Notes under the pieces: model-generated
What the model was told of the DNA's origin: nothing
The model's input: only the letters and a program-made list of their open reading frames with translations
The model's database searches: none
Assembly: GCA_036676495.1 (NCBI GenBank)
Contig: JAKFCT010000011.1
Coordinates: 1-35,545 of the forward strand
Direction of reading: 5' to 3'
Length of the DNA: 35,545 nucleotides
Source: Candidatus Sericytochromatia bacterium
GTDB lineage: Bacteria; Cyanobacteriota; Sericytochromatia; S15B-MN24; UBA4093
Part shown: in pieces, positions 8,252 to 17,749 of the stretch
How the letters are laid out: every line of letters begins with the position of its first letter
How positions within the stretch are numbered: the first letter of the stretch is position 1
Made by a program: the position numbers and the translations under genes

Positions 8252-8287
8252 AAAACGATGCGGGGCGCCGGATGGCGCCCCGCATCG
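8252..8287 (-). terminator. Intrinsic terminator after the oxidoreductase beta gene
   Basis: 14-bp stem CGATGCGGGGCGCC/GGCGCCCCGCATCG followed by TTTT on the minus strand. Confidence 0.75.
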
Positions 8288-8290
8288 GGA

Positions 8291-9322
8291 TTACTCCATG
8301 CTTCGCATGATCGCGCTGAGCACCTCCGGGCCGGGGCGCAAGTCTTCCTCTTGCAGGTGCGCCAGCGGCTGCTCGTGGATGTTCAGCATGCTCGTGAAGT
8401 CCGCCTGTTCGGGATTGACGTAGAAGAGGCCGGTTAGGAACAAGCCCTCGTCGCGGGTCTGGCGCAGGGTCGACAGCGCCGCGAGCCGATCGGAGGGATC
8501 GTAATCCCGTTCGAGCTTCTTGAGGGTGATCTTGGAGCCGTCATGCAGCTCGACGACCTTGGTCTCGCCGGGCTCGTAATCCGTCTCAAGGGTCTCGAAG
8601 GCAGGGACGAAGCCGATCTCATGGAGCGGAATCTCGTGCTGCTTGGCGTAGGTGTAGCTCTTGGTCGAGCCTTCGTGGTTGTTGAAGGTGACGCAGGGGC
8701 TGATGACGTCGAGGACGGCGGTGCCGCGGTGGGCGATCGCCGCCTCCAAGAGGGCCGCCAGCTGCTTGGGATCTCCCGAGAACGAGCGCGCCACGAAGGA
8801 CGCCCCCAGCTCGACGGCCAAGCTGCAGAGATCGACCGGAGGCAGATCGTTGATCACTCCCGTCTTGAGGGTCGAGCCCACGTCCGCGGTCGCCGAGAAC
8901 TGGCCCTTGGTGAGCCCGTAAACGCCGTTGTTCTCGATGACGTAGATCATTGGCACGTTCCGGCGAACCATGTGGACGAACTGCCCCATGCCGATCGAGG
9001 CGGTGTCCCCGTCCCCGGAGATGCCGATCCCGACGAGGTCCCGGTTCGCCAATAGCGCTCCGGTCGCCACCGAGGGCATGCGGCCGTGCACCGAGTTGAT
9101 CCCGTGGGCCCGGTTCAGGAAGTAGGCGGGAGTCTTGGACGAGCAGCCGATTCCGGAGAACTTGGCGACCCGCTGGGGATCCACGCCGCGCTGGAAGAAG
9201 GCGCGGACGATTTGCCCGGTGATGGCGTCATGGCCGCAGCCGGCGCAGAGCGTGGAGACGGCGCCCTTGTAATCGTTGAGGGCGAGGCCGATGGAGTTGG
9301 TGACAGGTGCTTGGGAAGCCAT
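8291..9322 (-). CDS. korB: 2-oxoacid:ferredoxin oxidoreductase subunit beta
   Basis: CAGCG, SGIGCSSK, HGR, TPP-binding GDGD...NNGVYGLTKGQ, SPCVTFN. Substrate specificity cannot be determined. Confidence 0.92.
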   Translation of the reverse strand: MASQAPVTNSIGLALNDYKGAVSTLCAGCGHDAITGQIVRAFFQRGVDPQRVAKFSGIGCSSKTPAYFLNRAHGINSVHGRMPSVATGALLANRDLVGIGISGDGDTASIGMGQFVHMVRRNVPMIYVIENNGVYGLTKGQFSATADVGSTLKTGVINDLPPVDLCSLAVELGASFVARSFSGDPKQLAALLEAAIAHRGTAVLDVISPCVTFNNHEGSTKSYTYAKQHEIPLHEIGFVPAFETLETDYEPGETKVVELHDGSKITLKKLERDYDPSDRLAALSTLRQTRDEGLFLTGLFYVNPEQADFTSMLNIHEQPLAHLQEEDLRPGPEVLSAIMRSME

Positions 9323-11143
9323 TTACGCGTTCTCCATTTCCAGGACGCCCTCTTTGACCGTCACGGCATCGAGCGGCAATCCGTCGTAGTGCCGGATGCT
9401 CCGCAATTTGCCGACCTCGGACGCGTCCAGGTCGAGCTTGAGCAGTTCCAGCATCTGGCCGTCCCGGTTCTGATCGACGACGTAAACCCGCTGGCTCTTG
9501 GCGATCCGCGCGTGTACCTCTCGGCTGAAGGGCAGGGCGCGAACCCGCAGGTAATTCGTCTCGATCCCCTGCTCGCGCAGCATGTCCCGGGCCTCCTGGA
9601 CCGCCGCATCGCTGGTGCCGTAGGCGAGCACGGTCACGTCGGCGTCACGCCAGTCCACCAGGGGCTGGGGAACGAGCGTGCGGGCCGTGTCCAGCTTCCG
9701 GGCGAGGCGGTCCATGATGAACATGTAATCCGCGGGCCGCTCCGAGTAGCGGGCATGCGCATCATGGCCCGAGCCCCGGGTGAAGTAGGCGGCCTTGGGA
9801 TGCGGCGTCCCCGGGAGGGTCCGATAGGGGATCCCGTCCCCGTCGACCTCCTGGTAGCGGGCGAACTCGGCCACCTGATCGAGGGCCTCGGCATCGAGCA
9901 CCTTGCCCCGGTCGAAGCCCTTGGTCGGGTAGGCGAAAGGCTCGGTCATCCAGTTGTTCATGCCGAGATCCAGGTCCAGGGCGACGAAGACGGGCGTCTG
10001 AAGGCGCTCGGCCAGGTCGAAGGAGGCCATGGCATCCTCGTAGGCCTCCATCGGGGTGCCCGGGATCAGGACGGGATGGCGGGTATCCCCGTGAGAGAGG
10101 GTGTGGAGCGAGAAGAGATCCCCCTGCATGGTGCGGGTCGGAAGGCCGGTCGAGGGACCGGTCCGCTGCACGTCGAAGAAGACTCCCGGAATCTCGGTGA
10201 AGTAGGCATAGCCCACGAACTCGGCCATCAGGCTGATGCCGGGGCCCGAGGTGGCCGTCATGGCGCGCGCACCGGCCCAGCCGGCTCCCACGACCATGCC
10301 GGCCGAGGCGAGCTCGTCCTCGGCCTGGACCACCGCGAAGCTGGCCTTGCCGTCCTTGACGCGGTACTTGGAGAGGTAGCCGATCAGGTTCTCGCAAAGC
10401 GAGGAGGACGGGGTGATGGGGTACCAGGCCACCACGGTGCAGCCCCCGAAGAGGCAGCCGATGGCGGCCGCGCGGTTGCCCTCGATGATGATCTTGCCCT
10501 TGGTCGCGTCCATGCGCTCCAGGCGGTAGGGAATGGGCGCCGTGACGTTCTCTTGAGCCCAGGCCGCTCCGGCCTTGACGGCTCCGAGGTTGAGCTCGAC
10601 AGCTTTCTCCTTGCCCTTGAACTGCTTCTTCAGGGCCGCTTCGACCTCGGTCATGTCGATGCCGAGGATCTCGGCGGCGACCCCGACGTAGACCATGTTG
10701 GTGACGAGCTTGCGAAGCTTCACCTCGGGACAAGCCTCGGTGGCGAGCTTGCCGAAGGGGACCGCCAGGACGATGAGGTCGTCGCGCTCCACGGTGACCT
10801 TGAGGTCGGAGTTGTAGATGAGGACCGCCCCGGGCTTGAGCTTCTGGAGGTCGGCCTGCAGGGTCTCCGGGTTCATGGCGATCATGATCTCGGAGTCCGC
10901 TTTGCGGGCGATGTAGCCGTGCCGGTTGGCGCGGATGGTGAACCAGGTGGGAAGGCCGGCGATGTTGGAGGGGAAGAGGTTCTTCCCGCTCACCGGGATG
11001 CCCATCTGGAAGATGGCGCGCATCAGGATGTTATTGGCCGATTGCGAACCGGAGCCGTTGACGGTCGCGACTTCGATGGAAAAGTCGTTGATCCGGGGCT
11101 CCTGGCGCGAGAGCGTCGCCTCGGGCTGGGCTATGACTGTCAT
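9323..11143 (-). CDS. korA: 2-oxoacid:ferredoxin oxidoreductase subunit alpha (gamma-alpha fusion)
   Basis: N-terminal gamma-like domain (NGSGSQS), YPITP, QAEDE, ATSGPG, RTGPSTGLPT. Likely start ATG 11143 (GAGGAA RBS). TATAAT at 11245-11240. Confidence 0.92.
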   Translation of the reverse strand: MTVIAQPEATLSRQEPRINDFSIEVATVNGSGSQSANNILMRAIFQMGIPVSGKNLFPSNIAGLPTWFTIRANRHGYIARKADSEIMIAMNPETLQADLQKLKPGAVLIYNSDLKVTVERDDLIVLAVPFGKLATEACPEVKLRKLVTNMVYVGVAAEILGIDMTEVEAALKKQFKGKEKAVELNLGAVKAGAAWAQENVTAPIPYRLERMDATKGKIIIEGNRAAAIGCLFGGCTVVAWYPITPSSSLCENLIGYLSKYRVKDGKASFAVVQAEDELASAGMVVGAGWAGARAMTATSGPGISLMAEFVGYAYFTEIPGVFFDVQRTGPSTGLPTRTMQGDLFSLHTLSHGDTRHPVLIPGTPMEAYEDAMASFDLAERLQTPVFVALDLDLGMNNWMTEPFAYPTKGFDRGKVLDAEALDQVAEFARYQEVDGDGIPYRTLPGTPHPKAAYFTRGSGHDAHARYSERPADYMFIMDRLARKLDTARTLVPQPLVDWRDADVTVLAYGTSDAAVQEARDMLREQGIETNYLRVRALPFSREVHARIAKSQRVYVVDQNRDGQMLELLKLDLDASEVGKLRSIRHYDGLPLDAVTVKEGVLEMENA

Positions 11144-11254
11144 GGTTTCCTCTTTCAGTGCAAAGGGAGGCTCCGGCACCTCCATCTGCGCAAAAGAGGG
11201 TTCGAGCGAAAAGGAGGAGGTCACCCGGGGGCCCGAGCAATTATAGCTCCAACC

Positions 11255-11716
11255 TCAGCTCAGCGGCTTCCGTAGTTCGGTGGTAAGTGGGGCGAAACCC
11301 TCCGCGCGGTACAGCTCCATGGCAGCCGTGTTGGCGGGATTGGCGAAGAGCCGGAGGGCCTTCGCCCCCTCATCGCGCGCTTGCTGGGCCGCATGGCTCA
11401 GCAAGATGCGCGCCAGTCCCTGGCCTCGATGCTCGGGGAGGGTGGCGATCGCCACCACCAGCAGCTCGGCCTCCTCAAGGACCGGATGCATGGAGCGCAG
11501 GCCCCAGAGCGCCGCGGCCGGGATCCCGCCGGACTCGGCGATCCAGAGGCGCTTCTCGGGACGATCGTACTCGTCGTAGAAGGTCTCGAGCATGTCCTTC
11601 AGGGTCAAGCGCCCAAGAGAGGCCAGGGAGGGGTAGGAGGCGATCGCCGAGAGCTTGAGGATGTCGAGAAGAAAGGGCCGGTCAGATGACCGGCCCTCGC
11701 GAAGCGTGACGGGCAC
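11255..11716 (-). CDS. GNAT family N-acetyltransferase
   Basis: Motif A PEHRGQGLARILL and motif B NTAAMELYRAEGF. Confidence 0.88.
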   Translation of the reverse strand: MPVTLREGRSSDRPFLLDILKLSAIASYPSLASLGRLTLKDMLETFYDEYDRPEKRLWIAESGGIPAAALWGLRSMHPVLEEAELLVVAIATLPEHRGQGLARILLSHAAQQARDEGAKALRLFANPANTAAMELYRAEGFAPLTTELRKPLS

Positions 11717-11717
11717 G

Positions 11718-12839
11718 CTACGGCGCGCTCACAGGGGGAAGCGCCGAGCCGAGGAGCTTGAGGTAGAGCTGAGGAACGACGTCGAGCGCCAGGTGCTCCG
11801 GCTTCTCCTCTCCCGGAGGGTTGATGATGACCTTCTTCTTGTCCTCGGTGTAGGTGAGCTCCTTGACGGACGCGCCGGCATCGTCCCGGACGATGGCCGA
11901 AAGCGCGCTGTACCCGTTGAAGTCGAAGCTCAGCCAGAAGTCCTTGGCGAGGCCGAGCTGGAAGCTGCCCGCAAGGTCCTTTCCCTGCTCCTTGGTGGCC
12001 TTGGACTTGTACTTCACGCTGGCATCCGCAGTGGTGAGCGAGCCGCTGCTCGCCAGCGTCCAGATCGTGCCGGCAGCGTTCTTCTCGTAGGCCATGGCCG
12101 CATCGATGACCGAGCCGCTCGGCAAGGCACCCTTGACGGTGGTATCGACGTCGTAGAAGTCGAAGCTCACGCCGTCGGCGGTATGGGCGAGGATGTACAT
12201 GGTGAAGTCCGACTTGCGCTTGAGGCCATCGGGATCGAAGGTGCTCGCCCCCGAGGTCTCGATCTCGCCAAAACCCGTTTCCGGGTCGAACGACGTGATC
12301 GCCGTCGTGCTGCTCAGCGCGTAGGTGCCCTTCTCGCGGAAGGCGGAGGCGTGGACGATCTCGGTGCGCAGGTAGACCTCTCCCCCATCGAGGGAATCGC
12401 CCGAGACGGTGAAGGTGTAGGTGTAGTGCTCGACCTGCGTGCCATCGAGCTTGCCGATGATCGTGCCGGAGTAGGAGCCGTCCGACTCCTGTTGGCGCTG
12501 ATCATCCCAGACGATCCGATCGTAGTCTTCCGGCTTGAGGGTCCCGGTGGACGCGATGCGATAGCCGCCCATGCCGTTGCTGAGGAGGTTGCCGCTGGAG
12601 TTGCTGAGCAGGTCCTGGCTCGCCATGTTCTTGAGGGATCCGACCTCGCGCATGCCGGCCATGACGTTCGAGATCGCAGTGGCCGCCCCGTTGCTGAGCA
12701 ACTGTTCGCCGGGCTTCTCGACGACCGTGTCGAGCGTATCCTTGCCGACGCCCGGGCCGTTCAGGTCGGCGCAGCCGATCAGGCCGGTGGTGAGGATGGC
12801 AGCAGCTAGCAAGGCCTTGAAACTACGATGGGACGACAT
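11718..12839 (-). CDS. Hypothetical lipoprotein with LLSN repeats
   Basis: MSSHRSFKALLAAAILTTGLIG-C lipobox; AGGAGG RBS before ATG 12839; beta-strand-rich C-terminus. Confidence 0.8.
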   Translation of the reverse strand: MSSHRSFKALLAAAILTTGLIGCADLNGPGVGKDTLDTVVEKPGEQLLSNGAATAISNVMAGMREVGSLKNMASQDLLSNSSGNLLSNGMGGYRIASTGTLKPEDYDRIVWDDQRQQESDGSYSGTIIGKLDGTQVEHYTYTFTVSGDSLDGGEVYLRTEIVHASAFREKGTYALSSTTAITSFDPETGFGEIETSGASTFDPDGLKRKSDFTMYILAHTADGVSFDFYDVDTTVKGALPSGSVIDAAMAYEKNAAGTIWTLASSGSLTTADASVKYKSKATKEQGKDLAGSFQLGLAKDFWLSFDFNGYSALSAIVRDDAGASVKELTYTEDKKKVIINPPGEEKPEHLALDVVPQLYLKLLGSALPPVSAP

Positions 12840-13149
12840 ACTTCCTCCTTGACCCTCGAGGGTACTGGAGACGTTATACCCACGCCCGGTCAAAGTTTGC
12901 GAGGGATGGTCAGCCTGAGCGACAACGAGCCAGCAGGCCGAGCCTCAGGTTGTGAGGAAGATACCAGGCGGAGAAGGGGCGAGCGGGTATAGTAAAAGGA
13001 AGCGGCGAGGCGGTGCCTGCTGCTTGACGCAGTTTATAAATTTTTGTTACGGTCGTGAACGGAGCCGCTCTGTCGCTTGTTGTCTCGCCATGCGGGCGGC
13101 AGCACTCCGGGAAGGCCGGGACGGCCGCTACAGCGAAAGGAGGCCTGCC

Positions 13150-13608
13150 TTGCAGATCACGCTTCTCAATATCCTCTACGGGGTCCTGATCGTGGCGGTG
13201 GTCGCCATTGGCGCGTTGCTGGCCGTGGTGCTGTGGCAGGCCAGCCTGCTGATATCGCAGGCGCGCGCGGTCTTCATCCCGCAGGTCCAAGCGCTCTTGG
13301 TCGAAGCCCAGCAGAACCTCAAGAACACGGAGGATCTCACGGCGGACGTCAGCGGGAAGCTCGGGAAGCTGGACGGGGCCATCGATGCGGCGAACTCGGC
13401 GGTGCAGTCGATCGGGCAGACCACGTTGCTGGTCAACAAGGCCGTGGCACAGCCCCTGGTGCTCAACGCCGCGGCCTTCATGGCGGGGGTCAAGTCAGCG
13501 GCCGTCTACCTGCGGGATCACCGCAAAGATAGACGGCCGAAAGCGCCGGTCGGGTTGCGCCCGGAATCCGTCCGGACGGAACTGCGGGCGGAAAAGATCA
13601 GCCGCTAG
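13150..13608 (+). CDS. Membrane-anchored coiled-coil protein (DUF948/YoxC-like)
   Basis: TTG start with AAAGGAGG RBS; N-terminal TM helix followed by heptad-like helices. Family call is tentative. Confidence 0.7.
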   Translation: MQITLLNILYGVLIVAVVAIGALLAVVLWQASLLISQARAVFIPQVQALLVEAQQNLKNTEDLTADVSGKLGKLDGAIDAANSAVQSIGQTTLLVNKAVAQPLVLNAAAFMAGVKSAAVYLRDHRKDRRPKAPVGLRPESVRTELRAEKISR

Positions 13609-13967
13609 ACGACGGCCGGGGGGGCCTGCCAGGTCTCGACCCGGCCGGTCTTCCAGAGCCGCTCCAGCCCGTAGAACTCGCGTTCCTGATCCAGCATGAC
13701 GTGGACGACCACCGGACCGTAGTCCAGCAGGATCCAGCGTCCCTCGCGGCCGCCTTCGATGCGCGGCGGCGCATAGCCTTCCTGCTCCATGCCGGCTTCG
13801 ACGCTATCGGCGATCGCCTTGACCTGGGTGGTCGAGGTGCCGGTGCAGACCATGAAGTAATCCGCCACCGTGGAGACTTTCTCCACCTCGATCAGGGTAA
13901 TGTCCTTGGCCTTCTTGTCGTCGGCGGCCAGGGCCGCCCGCTCCGCCATCTTTCGGCTATCGATCAA
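13605..13967 (-). CDS. rsfS: Ribosome silencing factor
   Basis: DDKKAKDI, ADYFMVCTG, WILLDYGPVVVHV, REFYGLERLW. Confidence 0.96.
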   Translation of the reverse strand: MIDSRKMAERAALAADDKKAKDITLIEVEKVSTVADYFMVCTGTSTTQVKAIADSVEAGMEQEGYAPPRIEGGREGRWILLDYGPVVVHVMLDQEREFYGLERLWKTGRVETWQAPPAVV

Positions 13968-13987
13968 GAGCTTCCTCCGTTGAATCT

Positions 13988-14590
13988 CTAGGCTGGCGAG
14001 GACGCCCCCGCCCTCGTCAGAATCCAGTTTCGTGCATCGACGACCTGCGGGTGCAAAGACCGCTTCTTATCGAGCAGATACCGCATAGTGTAATCCATCG
14101 CCATCCGCGTCGCTAGCGCCAGGTCTTGGGTCGCCGCTTCGCGCACGGCGTCGAGCCCCTCATGCGGGTCGCGTCCCGGCTCGGTGTAATCCGCCAGGAA
14201 GACCACCATCTCCAGGGGAGTCATGCCGACCCGGCCCAGGGTATGGCTCGAGATGGCGTTGAGCAGCTCGGCATCCTCGATTCCGAAGCGTTCCCGGGCG
14301 ATCGCCGCGCCGAGCTGTCCGTGCAAGCGAGGAACCGGATTGACCTCGTCGATCGGCAGGATGGCGATCCCCCTCCGGCGACACTCCTCCAGCAGCACGG
14401 GGCCCGGCGTCTCCCGGGCGTTGTCATGCAGCAGCGCCGCGGTGTACGCCCGCGCGGCATCGAGTCCGTGCGCCTTGGCCAACTGCCGCGCCGTCTCCGC
14501 TACCCGAAGAATGTGCTCCACGCGCTTTTCGGAAAGCTTTTCACGCAAGTAGGAGACGATGGACTCGTTGAGGGTGGAATTGGAAATCAT
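13988..14590 (-). CDS. yqeK: HD-domain Ap4A hydrolase YqeK
   Basis: KRVEHILRV, ALLHD, LH, HT, ADYTEPGR; located between nadD and rsfS. Confidence 0.9.
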   Translation of the reverse strand: MISNSTLNESIVSYLREKLSEKRVEHILRVAETARQLAKAHGLDAARAYTAALLHDNARETPGPVLLEECRRRGIAILPIDEVNPVPRLHGQLGAAIARERFGIEDAELLNAISSHTLGRVGMTPLEMVVFLADYTEPGRDPHEGLDAVREAATQDLALATRMAMDYTMRYLLDKKRSLHPQVVDARNWILTRAGASSPA

Positions 14591-14614
14591 CTGGCGTCCT
14601 TCGGTCGTGACCGG

Positions 14615-15286
14615 CTAGGGGCATCCGTGCTCGGATCCGCCACGTTCGGGAATCAACTTCCCGGCAGACCGGTTCCCGGCGGGCCGGAAGAGATTGTAGC
14701 GCTCGATGTAAGCCATGGTCAATCCAGGAACCTGCCCCTCGATCGGCATTCCTGCCTGCAAGCGGGCGCGAATCTCCGTGCTGGAAACTTTGACGGGCTC
14801 CATGTCCAGCAGCTCGATCCGCGCTTGAAGCGTCTCAGGCAAGGCCTCCAGCTCGCGGACGAGGTCCCGCCCGTGGAGCTCCTCCCGCGGAATGACCAAC
14901 AGCTTGGCCTGGTCGACGATCCCGCCCACGTCTCGCCAGCGCGGCAGCGTCGCGAGATTGTCCGCCCCGATGATCCAGTAGAGTTCGGCGGCTTCCCCCA
15001 GCTCCCTGCGGGCGATTCGCAAGGTCTCGACCGTGTAGGAAGGGCCCTCGCGCTCCAGGTCCCAGCGCACGGCCCGGTAATGCGGCTCCGTGAGGGTCGC
15101 CAGCACGACCATGGTCCAGCGATCGAGCGCGGGGGCCGGCGGAAGGTCTTGCTTGAACGGAGAGATCCGGGTCGGGATGAACAGGACCTCCGCGAGGGCG
15201 GCCTGCGCCGTGGCGCAGGCGGCGACCGCCAGGTGTCCCTGATGGATGGGATCGAAGCTGCCTCCGAACAGGCCGACGCGCGTCAC
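14615..15286 (-). CDS. nadD: Nicotinate-nucleotide adenylyltransferase
   Basis: GLFGGSFDPIHQGH, SYTVETL, IIGADN, SSTEIR. Confidence 0.95.
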   Translation of the reverse strand: MTRVGLFGGSFDPIHQGHLAVAACATAQAALAEVLFIPTRISPFKQDLPPAPALDRWTMVVLATLTEPHYRAVRWDLEREGPSYTVETLRIARRELGEAAELYWIIGADNLATLPRWRDVGGIVDQAKLLVIPREELHGRDLVRELEALPETLQARIELLDMEPVKVSSTEIRARLQAGMPIEGQVPGLTMAYIERYNLFRPAGNRSAGKLIPERGGSEHGCP

Positions 15287-16539
15287 CGGATCTGTCCGTT
15301 CCCTCGCACCAGGTACTTGGTGGTCGTCAGCTCCTTGAGGCCCATGGGGCCCCGAGCGTGCAGCTTCTGGGTGGAGATGCCCACCTCGGCCCCGAAACCG
15401 AACTCACCGCCGTCCGTGAAGCGGGTGGAGGCGTTGACGTAGACCGCCGCCGCGTCCACCTCCGCGAGGAAGCGCTCGGAGGCTTCGTAGTCGTTCGTGA
15501 CGATGGCCTCCGAGTGACGGGTGCCGTACCGGCGGATATGCGCGATGGCCGCCTCCAAGGAATCGACCACCTTCACCGCGAGGATCCGATCCAGGTACTC
15601 GGTCTCCCAATCGGCATCCGAGGCTTCAATCGCCTCGGGGAAGACCTCGAGGACCCGCTCATCGCCGCGAATCTCGATGCCTGCCTCGCTGAGGTGGGTC
15701 AGGGCGTTGGGGAGCCAGTCGTGGCGACGGCTGGCGTGGACCAAGAGGGTCTCGGTGGCGTTGCAGACCCCGGGACGCTGGCACTTGGCGTTGACGACGA
15801 TCCGGGTGGCCATGGCCTCGTCGGCGGTGGCGTCGACGTAGACGTGGCAGTTGCCGACTCCGGTCTCGATCACGGGGACCTTGGCCATCTGGATGACCCG
15901 CTGGATGAGGCCGGCTCCTCCGCGGGGGATCACCACGTCCAGCAGGCCCGTCAACCCGAGCAGCTCGTCCACGGCGTCGCGATCCGGATTGAGGACGCCT
16001 TGCACCAGGTCCGCGGGCAGCCCCACCTCTTCGAGGCCTTGCTGGACCAGGGAGATGAGCACCTGGTTGGATTCCCAGGCCGCCGAGCTGCCGCGCAGCA
16101 GGAGCGCGTTGCCCGACTTCAGGCAGAGGCCGGTGGCCTCGATGGTGACGTTGGGGCGCGACTCGTAGATGAAGCCGACCAAGCCCAGGGGAACGCGCAC
16201 CTGTTCCATGCGCAAGCCGTTGGGACGGGTCCAGCCGCGCAGCACCTCGCCTAGCGGATCCGGCAAGTCCACGACGTCCCGCAGCCCCTGGGCCATCGCC
16301 GCGACGCGATCGCCCTTGAGGGAGAGGCGGTCGAGCAGGGCCGCGGTGGTGCCGGCATCGGCCGAGCGCTTGAGATCGCGGGCATTGGCCTCGCGGATCC
16401 GGTCGGCCTCTTCCTCGAGCAGGCGGGCGATCGCGAGCAGGGCGCGATCGCGCGTGGCCGAATCGGACCGGGCAAGCCGGCTGGCGACGAGCTGGGCATT
16501 CTCCGCCTGCTGGCGGACGGTCGGGATGGTGACGGCCAT
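15283..16539 (-). CDS. proA: Glutamate-5-semialdehyde dehydrogenase
   Basis: VPLGLVGFIYESRPNVT, GVCNATETLL, NASTRFTDG, ISTQKLHARGPMG; AAAGGAGG RBS before ATG 16539. Confidence 0.96.
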   Translation of the reverse strand: MAVTIPTVRQQAENAQLVASRLARSDSATRDRALLAIARLLEEEADRIREANARDLKRSADAGTTAALLDRLSLKGDRVAAMAQGLRDVVDLPDPLGEVLRGWTRPNGLRMEQVRVPLGLVGFIYESRPNVTIEATGLCLKSGNALLLRGSSAAWESNQVLISLVQQGLEEVGLPADLVQGVLNPDRDAVDELLGLTGLLDVVIPRGGAGLIQRVIQMAKVPVIETGVGNCHVYVDATADEAMATRIVVNAKCQRPGVCNATETLLVHASRRHDWLPNALTHLSEAGIEIRGDERVLEVFPEAIEASDADWETEYLDRILAVKVVDSLEAAIAHIRRYGTRHSEAIVTNDYEASERFLAEVDAAAVYVNASTRFTDGGEFGFGAEVGISTQKLHARGPMGLKELTTTKYLVRGNGQIR

Positions 16540-16639
16540 GACCCCTCCTTTGAAACGACTAGCGCCGGCAGCGCTTCGCGGCAACGCGAAGCCGCCTCAT
16601 GAAAACGACGTCAACCTCTGGAATCATAGCGCAAGGTCG

Positions 16640-17749
16640 CTAGAGAAGCGCGAGGTTGTCCCGGTGAATCACCTCGTCGGCCGGCTTGTAACCGAGGATC
16701 TGCTCGATCTCGGCGGATTTCCGACCGGTGATGCGGCGGATCTCGTCGGAGGCATAATTGGTGATGCCGCGCGCGAGTTCGCGCCCCTCCGGGGTCAGGA
16801 GGCGGACCGTGTCCCCCGCCGTGAACGTTCCCTCGAGGCCCGAGATGCCCGCCGGCAGGAGGCTCTTGCCGCCCTTGAGGAGGGCCTGCACGGCCCCTGC
16901 ATCGAGGATGAGCGCCCCCTTGGGGGCAATCCCGTAGGCCAGCCAGCGCTTGCGGCTTTCCATGCGGTCCTCGCGGGGCAGGAACTTGGTGCCCACGACA
17001 TCGCGGCCGTCGAGGAGATCGACCAGGCGCTCGGGCTCGCGCCCGGTCATCAGCATCATGGGAATGCCGCTCGCCGTGGCGATCTTGGCGGCGGCCAGCT
17101 TGGTCACCATGCCGCCGGTCCCGACGTCGGAGCCGGAGCCTCCGGCCAAGGCCTCGATCTCCGGGGTGATCTCGGGGACCTCGCGCAGGAGGAGCGCGTC
17201 CGGATGCTGGTTGGGGTTGCGATCGTAGAGACCCTCGACATCCGAGAAGATCACGAGCCACTGGGCCTCGATCAGCTGGGCGACCAGGGCCGAGAGGGTG
17301 TCGTTGTCGCCGAACTTCAGCTCGTCGACCGCCACCGAGTCATTCTCGTTGATGACGGGAACGACCGGCGAGTCGAAATCCAGGAGGGTCAAAAGGGTGT
17401 TGGAGACGTTGAGGTAGCGCTGGCGATCGGCGAGATCCGCGCGGGTGAGCAGGATCTGGGCGGAGGCGATCCCGAGGGGCTCGAGGACCGACTCGTAGGC
17501 ATGCATGAGCCTCCCCTGGCCGACGGCGGCTGCCGCTTGCTTTTCAGGCAACGTCCGGGGGCGATGGGGGATGCCCAGGCGAAAGCGGCCGGCCCCGACG
17601 GCGCCGGAGGTGACGATGACGACCCTCCAGCCCCGCTCCACGAGGTCCGAGACGGTCATGGCCAGGCGCATGAGCACCTTGCCGTTGAGGCCGTCTCGGG
17701 TGGTGATGGTGGACGTGCCGACCTTGATGACCAGGCGCGGGGCGGTCAT
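16640..17749 (-). CDS. proB: Glutamate 5-kinase
   Basis: VIKVGTS, SGAVGAG, NENDSV..FGDND, GTGGMVTK, and a C-terminal PUA domain. Confidence 0.96.
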   Translation of the reverse strand: MTAPRLVIKVGTSTITTRDGLNGKVLMRLAMTVSDLVERGWRVVIVTSGAVGAGRFRLGIPHRPRTLPEKQAAAAVGQGRLMHAYESVLEPLGIASAQILLTRADLADRQRYLNVSNTLLTLLDFDSPVVPVINENDSVAVDELKFGDNDTLSALVAQLIEAQWLVIFSDVEGLYDRNPNQHPDALLLREVPEITPEIEALAGGSGSDVGTGGMVTKLAAAKIATASGIPMMLMTGREPERLVDLLDGRDVVGTKFLPREDRMESRKRWLAYGIAPKGALILDAGAVQALLKGGKSLLPAGISGLEGTFTAGDTVRLLTPEGRELARGITNYASDEIRRITGRKSAEIEQILGYKPADEVIHRDNLALL

